Positions 1-7,968 of a stretch of 64,000 nt of DNA are shown here, in pieces; the stretch's first letter is position 1, and every line of letters begins with the position of its first letter. The notes under the pieces are model-generated. The model saw nothing but the letters and a program-made list of their open reading frames with translations. It had not been told where the DNA came from and did no database searches. The translations under genes and the position numbers were made by a program. The stretch is from NCBI GenBank assembly GCA_036170915.1, contig JAVHQC010000022.1:223420-287419 (forward strand). Reading direction: 5' to 3'. Source of the stretch: Cyanobacteria bacterium auto_48_18. GTDB taxonomy: Bacteria > Cyanobacteriota > Vampirovibrionia > Obscuribacterales > Obscuribacteraceae.

Positions 1-25
1 CGGTCAGTGACGCTCAGTTACGATC

Positions 26-1714
26 TTAAAGCGCCGGGCGATAAGTCTCAATCGGCCGACCGCAAGACTGTTCTAAGTCTGTGTAGGCTTCTTGATAGGC
101 CCGCACGGCGTCTAGATATTGGCTGCGCACGGCAACGTTTTGTTGTTGCACCTGCAGTGTGGCGGTAATATCAGACTGACCAACTTCGTAGCTGCGACGA
201 GCCAGGCGAGCCACTTCATATGAGTCTGCCAGAATGTGTTCTTGATAGACTTTGAGCTTTTGTCTGGCGGCCAGCACGTTGTTGTAGGCTGAAGAAACCT
301 GCGCAATAATCAAATTGCGCTGTGACCCCATTTCATATTTAAGTTGTGTGGCCGTGGCTCTGAGCCGATAAATTTCGCCCTGATTCCAATTGGTGAGAGG
401 CGTTTCTGCCACCACTGTGAAAAATACAGAGTTTACTTTGGGGCCAGTTGGCGCGTTACCAGAGACCGAATTGCCGAAGCTGACGCTCGGATTTGGCACC
501 ACATTGGCGATGGCCGTGCGCATCTGAGCTTTATTCAAAGCAATGCGTTGATTAACGCTTTTCAGCTCTAGTCTTTGATCGAGAGCCTTTTGTATATATG
601 ATGCAAGCGTTGGCGGTTCGATGCTGAAATCGGGCAAAAGCTGGCTTTTCTGTGACGCATCAAGCTTGGGCTGACTGGTGCCTAAAAAGGCCGGCAGTCG
701 AGGAATATTGACCAGATCTTCAGGTTTGCGGCCCATGATTACATTGAGCTGCTGTTTAGCGCGAATTACCCGGCGCATGCCCACCTGCCGCTCCACATCA
801 GACTGTGAAGTGGCCAGTCGAGCTTTGAGTACGTCCAATTCGGGCACATCTCCGGCTTGAAAGCGTTTGCTCGAGACTTCCAGCAAGCGACTGGCCAGGT
901 CGTACAAAGAATTGAGCGTCTCAACTGTCTCTTGAGCTACCACTACTTCAGTATAGGCTCGGCGCACATCAGCCCTGAGTGCCCAAATTGCAGTCATCAA
1001 ATCGGTCTTGGTTTGCTCTACCAGCCTTTTGGTGGCGAGCAGGCGAAATACTAATTTCCAGGGGCCTTCAACGGTAAAGGTGGGGCCAATGCGCCTGACC
1101 TGTTCGCCCAGTGGCGCTCGGTCAAAAAGAAAGGCGGGGTTAGGGCCGGCAGCAGCGTCGGCATAATTGGCCGTCGTAATCTGTAGCTGTGACCTGATGG
1201 CCGCCGCTCGTGGACTTTTAACCAGCGCTTCGTCTAGTGCTTGCACAATGGAGAGCCCAGAACCTGCGGGCTTGGGCTGCTCAGTAAACTGAATATTACC
1301 AGAAACCGCACCGGCGCCTGTTTGGCCGGCGTCGACTTGCCCGGTATTTGCCTGATCCGCGTTTTTGCTAACGTCTGAAGTTGCAGGCGTGCCGGCGGCA
1401 TCTGGATTTAAGCGCATAGGGCGTAAAGCCGGCATGTCACTATTGAAAGTATCGCCAGTGCCTAAACCAGGCGACGTCATTGGCTGACTGATGGTGCCAG
1501 ACGACACTCCAGTTGAGGTGCCAGATGATGATGACGCTGGTGCCGAATAGCTGCTATGGGAGGGGGTAGTGTTGGGCGGAATGGCTGCTGCTGATGCCAG
1601 TTGAGCCTGCTCAACCGGAGCGGCGTGCAAGTTTTGAGCGGATGCGGCACTCAGCAAAAGACTGATTGCCAGAGGCACGAGATATTTAGAATTCACGGGT
1701 GGTAAGACATTCAT
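26..1714 (-). CDS. TolC/CzcC-family outer membrane efflux protein with long Ser/Thr/Pro-rich N-terminal extension
   Basis: Signal peptide, low-complexity linker, then two OEP repeats with typical motifs (KRFQAGDVPELDVLKARL; ARRSYEVGQSDITATL). Confidence 0.85.
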   Translation of the reverse strand: MNVLPPVNSKYLVPLAISLLLSAASAQNLHAAPVEQAQLASAAAIPPNTTPSHSSYSAPASSSSGTSTGVSSGTISQPMTSPGLGTGDTFNSDMPALRPMRLNPDAAGTPATSDVSKNADQANTGQVDAGQTGAGAVSGNIQFTEQPKPAGSGLSIVQALDEALVKSPRAAAIRSQLQITTANYADAAAGPNPAFLFDRAPLGEQVRRIGPTFTVEGPWKLVFRLLATKRLVEQTKTDLMTAIWALRADVRRAYTEVVVAQETVETLNSLYDLASRLLEVSSKRFQAGDVPELDVLKARLATSQSDVERQVGMRRVIRAKQQLNVIMGRKPEDLVNIPRLPAFLGTSQPKLDASQKSQLLPDFSIEPPTLASYIQKALDQRLELKSVNQRIALNKAQMRTAIANVVPNPSVSFGNSVSGNAPTGPKVNSVFFTVVAETPLTNWNQGEIYRLRATATQLKYEMGSQRNLIIAQVSSAYNNVLAARQKLKVYQEHILADSYEVARLARRSYEVGQSDITATLQVQQQNVAVRSQYLDAVRAYQEAYTDLEQSCGRPIETYRPAL

Positions 1715-1870
1715 GGGGTTATTTTGTTTAAGAGCCGCTCAAGTATAGTTTTCACGGCGAGTGGCTTCTCTTATAATCTGCTAACATTGAGGGCGTCGCA
1801 TGAGCAGCAAAGGCTAGCCAGGTGCGGCTCCTGTCAGTATGGAAGGAACAAATATCAGCGCCAGGACAGC

Positions 1871-2719
1871 ATGAATAATAAGGAAAGCCGGGCATTTCTA
1901 AAAGGAGAGATGGATTTCACTCCTCAGCGAATGATGCGCTACATTCGCTCGCGCGCGCGAATCGCTACAGACGAGGATATCGAAGATATCCTTCAGAATG
2001 CTTTGGTGCTGGTAACGAAGCATTTCGATCCCAGCCATCCTGAGGCAAAATTGGCGCCCTACTGCCTTGGCGCATGTAACAAAGCTATTGCACAAAACCT
2101 GGAGCGCTATCACAAAGTCGCTTTGAAAAAGCGTGAAGTCAAAGCCGGGGCGTCCATCAGCCCGGCAGAATTAGAAACAGATTTTGAATTAGACGATGAC
2201 GCTAAAGATGTAGCCGAGTCGGTGAAAAAAGCTGCAGCCGCCTCAGCGGCCTCTGCGCGGGCCCTTGCTGCCACCCTCAAAGTCGCCAGCGAAGTAGAAG
2301 TAGAACTGGATGGCAGCGTTATGTCGGTTCAGACTTTAGCGCCGGGTAAAGCTTTCGATGAAGCCCCCTCAACCACCAGCCAGTACCGCACAACCTCACT
2401 TGATTCAATGTTTGATGAAGACGACAACCGCTCTGCCGATGACCTGCTGGGCGGCGATAATGTGGTTTCGTCAGGAACTGGCTCGAAAGATCCTGCCGCT
2501 CGAGCATTAATTAATGATCTGGTTGAGCGCATTCTCGACGAGCTACCACCTGGTATTCACCGCACCTGCTTCATTTTGAAATATGTTGAAGGTTATAAGC
2601 GAGAAGATTTGATTGCATGTCTAAAAATGGATGCGAAGAGTATAGATACCATCGACAAGAGAATTGTGAGAACCCTCAAAGCGTTCAAAGACAAGATGGA
2701 CCAGCAAGAAGCGCATTAG
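1871..2719 (+). CDS. ECF-like sigma-70 family factor with long central insertion
   Basis: Sigma2-like segment (DIEDILQNALVLVTKHFDPSHPEAKLAPYC) and sigma4-like C-terminus (LDELPPGIHRTCFILKYVEGYKREDLIACLKM). ATG 1871 preceded by CAGGA was chosen over the track TTG at 1724. Confidence 0.7.
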   Translation: MNNKESRAFLKGEMDFTPQRMMRYIRSRARIATDEDIEDILQNALVLVTKHFDPSHPEAKLAPYCLGACNKAIAQNLERYHKVALKKREVKAGASISPAELETDFELDDDAKDVAESVKKAAAASAASARALAATLKVASEVEVELDGSVMSVQTLAPGKAFDEAPSTTSQYRTTSLDSMFDEDDNRSADDLLGGDNVVSSGTGSKDPAARALINDLVERILDELPPGIHRTCFILKYVEGYKREDLIACLKMDAKSIDTIDKRIVRTLKAFKDKMDQQEAH

Positions 2720-2738
2720 TTAATTCCAGGAGACGGCA

Positions 2739-3455
2739 ATGACTACCCTTAACGACAAACTAGCCCAATTAACCAAGGCTATGGCAAACGGAGACGAGAG
2801 CTCGTGTGCTCTTTCTTTCGAAAAGTTCTGCCAGGAAAATTTCCAGGAGCTGCCTTTGCCTGGAGAAAACAAATTATTTGACCAGGCCATGTGGACTGCC
2901 AGTCAGTTCATGCCTTTGACTAAAAAGGATGAGGCAATAGTCAAACGTGTGACGGGCAATATGCTCGAAGCCATAAGCCCAGTAACTGTGGCAGTGGCCC
3001 AGGCTACTGCTGCTACCGAAAAATCAGTATTTGCTTTGCGTGATCTCGTTGGTCAAGCTCGTGAGTCGGCCGCGGCTGTCTGGCAAGACATGCTCAGCGC
3101 TCAGCAATGGCAGCAAATGGTGCCAGCTGGTGCTACCCGTGGTGTCGGCGCGCAATTAGTGTCTATGGGCACATTTGAACGCACCGTTGATGATGTGCGC
3201 ATCCAAGTTAACCTCGGTTGGCTAATAGACGAAAACAATTTGCGAGTTTTGTTGCAAGCCAAAGATGCTGAAGAGAATGCCATTCCTGAAGTAGAAGTGC
3301 GAATTAGCGAACACGACCGTGGTGTGGTCTTCTCGCGCATGACCAATCAAGACGGTGCCATGGTGGCACCAGCAGTAAAAGTAGGACCAGGGCAATATCA
3401 GATTCAAGTGTTCTGGGCAGACAAAGTCGTTGAGACGCCGTTCTTCCGCATCTAG
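2739..3455 (+). CDS. Hypothetical protein, putative anti-sigma partner with C-terminal beta-sandwich domain
   Basis: Starts 19 bp after the sigma gene with an AGGAGA SD; helical N-half, beta-rich C-half (TNQDG...VGPGQYQIQV); no transmembrane segment. Confidence 0.55.
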   Translation: MTTLNDKLAQLTKAMANGDESSCALSFEKFCQENFQELPLPGENKLFDQAMWTASQFMPLTKKDEAIVKRVTGNMLEAISPVTVAVAQATAATEKSVFALRDLVGQARESAAAVWQDMLSAQQWQQMVPAGATRGVGAQLVSMGTFERTVDDVRIQVNLGWLIDENNLRVLLQAKDAEENAIPEVEVRISEHDRGVVFSRMTNQDGAMVAPAVKVGPGQYQIQVFWADKVVETPFFRI

Positions 3456-3503
3456 TTAGATATTTCTTGTCATTGCCTTAAAAACAGAAGTAGATACATA
3501 GTT

Positions 3504-3536
3504 AAAAGGGCTTTCTCCTGAGCCCTTTTTTCTTTT
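3504..3536 (+). terminator. Intrinsic terminator after the sigma/partner operon
   Basis: AAAAGGGCT-TTCTCCTG-AGCCCTTTT hairpin followed by a T-rich tail. Confidence 0.8.
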
Positions 3537-3617
3537 GCGGAACTTTCAAGATGTCTTCGAGCCGCTAGTCTCGGCAGCCGACGCTGTAATCTTGGGCAAT
3601 CTAAATTGTGTGACTGG

Positions 3618-3745
3618 TAGATCGCATTTTTCGCGCCTAAGAAATTTTACAACTCATAAGTTGTAGAATTTTACAACCTGGAGGTTGTAAAAATTCGTAG
3701 GCAGTGAAAAAGGTCTTTGCGGGGGTGAGAAAATTTTGCGATCTA
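3618..3745. repeat. Nested inverted-repeat element containing two abutting 24-bp palindromes
   Basis: TTTTACAAC-N6-GTTGTAGAA (3645-3668) and TTTTACAAC-N6-GTTGTAAAA (3669-3692); outer arms TAGATCGCA (3618-3626) and TGCGATCTA (3737-3745). Confidence 0.75.
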
Positions 3746-3758
3746 TCTAGGAATCTGG

Positions 3759-5060
3759 CTAAGAATCCGGCAATCCTGCCAACTTGTAACTATAAGAAAG
3801 GCTGCTTCCCAATTCAGTTCGCGGGTGCATGCCTGCGTTCTTCGCTGCAAGTGTCGATTTTAAAATAATTTGTTGGAGAAATGATTGATAGGCCACGCCT
3901 TTATTAGGCAACACTGACCCGACGAAATAGTTGTCGATGAGCGGCACGATTAAGTCGGCCACCGTGTGTTTATATGGTTGCTCACTTGAAGCGCGTCCGA
4001 TATCCACCAGGTTGAAACGTTTGCCCACCGGGTCAATAAGAATATTGCCCGGCTTAGACGGGTCAAATTGCATACCGTTTTTTTCCACCATCATCATTGT
4101 TCTGGCTAAATCGTCGTAAGCAGATTGTGGTAACTCTGCGCTGGTTTTTACACTCCTAGCGAAAATCGCTTCAGCCGCTTCTAAGCCAATCTTTTTGCGT
4201 TCTGAATAACCAGGCCCACCAGCCGCAAATCCGTTCTGTTTTTTGAGAATTTCGTAGTCGCCCATTTTAGCTACAGATTGGCCCACATTATGCTCAGGCA
4301 TCACGTCTACAACTGGTTCAAGCTTGCCGCCTTGCGGATTTTTACGGCCGTATTCTGCCACTTTGACCACAAAGTCATCAGTGAAATCAAGCTTGTAGAC
4401 CGCACCGTTGCTGCCTCGACCTAAGAAATTTTCTTCTCTCACAGAGGCTACGACATTCTGCTCTGATGCGCGATTAGCTTTCAGTTGCGACGATAACTTG
4501 TCAAAATTCAAAGGTCGAATTGCGGCTGTTTCGCTAAGACGGACGCTTCTAGCGCCTAAGCCGAAGCCGGCCAATCCAGAGGCAGCCATTAATGGATAAT
4601 CGAAAGCCATAGAGCCAAGATTGCTGCTCAGCTCTCTTTTGCTTTTCTCAAAATTGTTTGGATTTTTCCAGAGATCATAAGCAGGCACGCCAACTTTAGA
4701 GCCGATGTCGTAAACCGCCACGGCGCCAAATATTTTGCCTGCATTGGCTACGGCGCCTTCCACGTAAGGAGCCAGTACTTTTCCGAACACTTGAGGCTTT
4801 TTCAGAGCCAGAGCAAAACCCGCACCGATAGCTACACTGCCAGCTACTTCCAATGCTGTTTCACCGATTTTGTCGCTGGTGGCAGACTTGGCACGGGCAA
4901 CAAATGCTTGCGGCGCCTCTTTTGCAGAGCCCAACAACAAATTTGCTTGTTGCGAAAGCTTTTCTGAAACGCTTAAGTCATCTAAATCAGCGCGTTGCCA
5001 ATCGGCAGCTTGATCAGCTTTTGGTGAATTTGGCTTATCGTCTGCTGCAAGTTTGGGCAA
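3759..5060 (-). CDS. Membrane-associated protein with C-terminal protein-kinase-like domain
   Basis: LGRGSNGAVYK Gly loop, VVKV lysine, FDPSKPGNILID catalytic-type loop, LVDIG motif; Gly/Ala-rich hydrophobic helices N-terminally. Confidence 0.6.
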   Translation of the reverse strand: MPKLAADDKPNSPKADQAADWQRADLDDLSVSEKLSQQANLLLGSAKEAPQAFVARAKSATSDKIGETALEVAGSVAIGAGFALALKKPQVFGKVLAPYVEGAVANAGKIFGAVAVYDIGSKVGVPAYDLWKNPNNFEKSKRELSSNLGSMAFDYPLMAASGLAGFGLGARSVRLSETAAIRPLNFDKLSSQLKANRASEQNVVASVREENFLGRGSNGAVYKLDFTDDFVVKVAEYGRKNPQGGKLEPVVDVMPEHNVGQSVAKMGDYEILKKQNGFAAGGPGYSERKKIGLEAAEAIFARSVKTSAELPQSAYDDLARTMMMVEKNGMQFDPSKPGNILIDPVGKRFNLVDIGRASSEQPYKHTVADLIVPLIDNYFVGSVLPNKGVAYQSFLQQIILKSTLAAKNAGMHPRTELGSSLSYSYKLAGLPDS

Positions 5061-5157
5061 AAAAGTACCTGAAGAATAGCTGAAAATGCCGCAGAATTAG
5101 CCTCAGGCTATCTGCTTACTTTCAATTACTCTAACAAATGAAAGCGGCAGCGACAAA

Positions 5158-6507
5158 TTATTCTTTGGTTTGCACGACTTTCTCTAAGTAAACGGCATTG
5201 GCCACAGCGTTAGAAACGCTTTCATGCACTTCACGGTCGAGAATGCTGGGGACGATATTGTCCATTTTTGTTTGACCGCAAATTGCGTGGGCCGCTGCCA
5301 GTTTCATGGCATCGGTAAAATGCGTGGCGTGAGCTCTTAGAGCGCCTCTAAACAAACCAGGAAAAGACAGGGCATTGTTAATAGTGCGACCGTCGGCTGC
5401 AAAAAGTGCACCGCGCTTCATTGCCTCTTCCGGCTTAATTTCAGGATCTGGATTGGATAGCGCCAGTATCACCTGACCGCTTCGAATCATTTCAGGAGTT
5501 ATCAGACCTGGTTTGCCTGTGGTTGCTACCACCACGTCTGAGTTGCTCATTATTTCAGTAAGAGTCATGGCTGTGCCACCAAGAGTGGTGAGTCTGTGCT
5601 TGGCGGGTTCGCGAATGTCGGTGCCGTATACGTCTTTAACACCGTAAGAAAGCAAAAGTTCTGCAATTCCTGACCCGGCTGCACCCAGGCCGATAATGCC
5701 GACTTTACTGGTGGTAAGATCGACGCCATTACGCTGAGTGATGGTAATCAGTGCTGCCAGCACAACTACCGCTGTAGCGTGTTGGTCGTCATGCAAAACT
5801 GGTATGTTGAGCTCTTCTTGCAGACGACGCTCAATTTCAAAACATTCTGGTGCGGCGATGTCTTCTAAGTGAATGGCACCAAATGTAGGGGCAATTGCCT
5901 TGACTGTAGCCACCACACTATCCACATCTGTATTGTTCATCAAAATTGGAATTGCGCTGATGCCCACAAGCTGTTCATATAAAACAGACTTACCTTCCAT
6001 AACCGGCATACCGGCCACGGCCCCAATATTGCCCAGACCAAGGACCGCTGTGCCATTGGTAACTACTGCTACTGAATTGCCGATAGATGTGTAAGTGCGA
6101 CTGGTGCTGATGTCTTGTTGAATTAGTTTACAGATTTGCGCCACTCCGGGTGTGTATATTTTGCGCATTTCGGCGATGCTGGTTAATGGCACTTTGCTTT
6201 TGATGCCAATCTTGCCGCCTTCGTGAGCTTGCTCCACTGGGTCAATAACCGCTTCTAGACTGGCGCTTGCAAGGCTCTTTAAACCTTCCACCACATGGTT
6301 CAAATGATTGTCGTCGTCAAGATAAAGGGTAATGTCTCGTACGAGAAAATCAGGGCCCTGAGCAAATATGCTGATTTCGCCAATGTTGGCGCCCAGTTCA
6401 CCGAGTCTGGTGGCAATCTGTCCGAGATATCCGGGCTTATCCATCACGCGCACGCGGAAGGTGCGCAGGATCTTAGCTTCCGGTCGAACTAATGAGGTCA
6501 TGGCCAT
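5158..6507 (-). CDS. NAD(P)-dependent malic enzyme with N-terminal ACT domain
   Basis: IYTPGVA, VTNGTAVLGLGNIG, PVMEGK, HDDQH, GLGAAG and LSNPDPEI motifs; ACT-like DKPGYLGQIATRLGELGANI. Confidence 0.92.
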   Translation of the reverse strand: MAMTSLVRPEAKILRTFRVRVMDKPGYLGQIATRLGELGANIGEISIFAQGPDFLVRDITLYLDDDNHLNHVVEGLKSLASASLEAVIDPVEQAHEGGKIGIKSKVPLTSIAEMRKIYTPGVAQICKLIQQDISTSRTYTSIGNSVAVVTNGTAVLGLGNIGAVAGMPVMEGKSVLYEQLVGISAIPILMNNTDVDSVVATVKAIAPTFGAIHLEDIAAPECFEIERRLQEELNIPVLHDDQHATAVVVLAALITITQRNGVDLTTSKVGIIGLGAAGSGIAELLLSYGVKDVYGTDIREPAKHRLTTLGGTAMTLTEIMSNSDVVVATTGKPGLITPEMIRSGQVILALSNPDPEIKPEEAMKRGALFAADGRTINNALSFPGLFRGALRAHATHFTDAMKLAAAHAICGQTKMDNIVPSILDREVHESVSNAVANAVYLEKVVQTKE

Positions 6508-6524
6508 AAAAAATTGGATACCTT

Positions 6525-6604
6525 TGTTTTGAATATGTGCTGTTTTGAATATGTGCTGTTTTGAATTTGTGCTCTTTTAAATTTGTGATGTTGTGAAGTT
6601 TCGA
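6525..6604. repeat. 16-bp tandem repeat, five progressively degenerate copies
   Basis: TGTTTTGAATATGTGC x2, then TGTTTTGAATTTGTGC, TCTTTTAAATTTGTGA, TGTTGTGAAGTTTCGA. Confidence 0.85.
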
Positions 6605-6606
6605 AT

Positions 6607-7968
6607 TTACTCGCCGCTGTGATCGTCGATTTCGGTCCAGGTGCCGAACCAGCGCAACACTTCACCTTGCGAGTTCTTAACCGGCACTGCGCGGCACAGA
6701 TGCCAGAGATAATCACGGCGGCTGGCTGCTGTGGTAGCTTTGCCATGAGGCATAATTTTTCTCACCGAAAGACCAAGGGCACGCTTAAGGCGGAAACGCG
6801 TTTCTAGTGGTTCAGCGGTGTTGATTGCCTGGCGCCATTTTTGATCGTACTCGAAAAGATCATCAGGATGAATTAACAGACGCCAGCCGCCGTGCAGACT
6901 TTGAGGCACAGTCAGGCCGGTATATTCGAACCAGCGATGATTCCAAAAATCAATCGTACCGTTGCTGTCTGCGGTCCAGACTATTTGCGGCATGGCATCG
7001 GCGATGATGCGCAATTGTTCTTCGCTGGCCAGCAGGGCTTCTGTGACACGCCTCTGGTCATCTACATCTGTGGCTATTACAAGCCAGCTCATAGAAGCGG
7101 TGCCGGAGCCGAAGAAAGGCACCACTTTAAGTAAATGCCAGCGGTAGCTGCCTTCATCGTAAAGCAGGTTGGCATCAGGTTCCATGTTGCTTGCGGCATA
7201 ATGACCATTGCGTGTGCCACCAGGTAGATAACCACGCAATCGCACTTCGCACTGGAAATCAGCATATAGCTCGCCTACGGAAAAACCAGTGACGTTGAAA
7301 TCGAGTTTGTCAGTGGGATGCAGCAGTGAAGTCCAGTTCAGTGGTTGATCAAGAGTCAAGCCGGTAAATTCTAAAAAGCCACCGTTTGCATAAGTGATTT
7401 TTCCGTCTGCATCACAAACCCAGAGTAGCTGCGGAATAGCTTCCGCCAGAGTATGCAAATTCGACTCGCGTATAGCCAGTTCTTTTTGCAATTTTTTGCG
7501 TGCGCTCATGTCGAAGAAAAAGATCACCCAGTCGTGCTCCGACGGGCCGTTTTTTGTCAGCCCCACTATCACCGGATGTTTGCGACCATCTTTAGTTAGA
7601 ACTTCGGTTTCCCAGGGGTCAATTCTGCTTGAGGAAACGACGTTCTGGCGCGCTTTTTCTAAATGTTTGTGAGCCGACTTGGGAAAAAAGAAACGTACGT
7701 CCGAACCAAATGCCAGTTCTTCGGCAGAGTATCCACTCATGAGGGCAAATGATTGATTGGCCTCCAGCAGTTTGAAATCACTGTCAAGCATAATCACCGG
7801 CACCGGATCGCTGATGAATGTTGTGGGAATAGACAGATATTCAGGCTTTCCCGCCATAGATTGCAATTGCGCGATGCGCCGTTTTGAGGCTTCTATTTCT
7901 CGCAATAAATATTGATCTTGAGCAGAAACAGCACTGCCTGCAGCGGTTTTTAATCGATCGAGGTCCAT
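6607..7968 (-). CDS. Stand-alone multi-PAS protein (3 PAS/PAC, no output domain)
   Basis: EANQSFALMSGYSAEEL; LAEAIPQLLW; ADAMPQIVWTADSNG...NHRWFEYTG; ends WFGTWTEIDDHSGE. ATG 7968 chosen; track start is 7980. Confidence 0.85.
   Translation of the reverse strand: MDLDRLKTAAGSAVSAQDQYLLREIEASKRRIAQLQSMAGKPEYLSIPTTFISDPVPVIMLDSDFKLLEANQSFALMSGYSAEELAFGSDVRFFFPKSAHKHLEKARQNVVSSSRIDPWETEVLTKDGRKHPVIVGLTKNGPSEHDWVIFFFDMSARKKLQKELAIRESNLHTLAEAIPQLLWVCDADGKITYANGGFLEFTGLTLDQPLNWTSLLHPTDKLDFNVTGFSVGELYADFQCEVRLRGYLPGGTRNGHYAASNMEPDANLLYDEGSYRWHLLKVVPFFGSGTASMSWLVIATDVDDQRRVTEALLASEEQLRIIADAMPQIVWTADSNGTIDFWNHRWFEYTGLTVPQSLHGGWRLLIHPDDLFEYDQKWRQAINTAEPLETRFRLKRALGLSVRKIMPHGKATTAASRRDYLWHLCRAVPVKNSQGEVLRWFGTWTEIDDHSGE

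Noticed and set aside
1724..1870. Track N-terminal extension of the sigma ORF from TTG 1724
   Set aside because: Starts 9 bp from the divergent tolC start, leaving no promoter room; ATG 1871 has an SD-like motif.
3645..3692. Possible dif or integron attC site
   Set aside because: No TTATGTTAAA XerD arm, no RYYYAAC...GTTRRRY ends, and no integrase nearby.
6525..6604. Possible CRISPR array
   Set aside because: Units are contiguous 16-mers with no unique spacers, and no cas genes are present.
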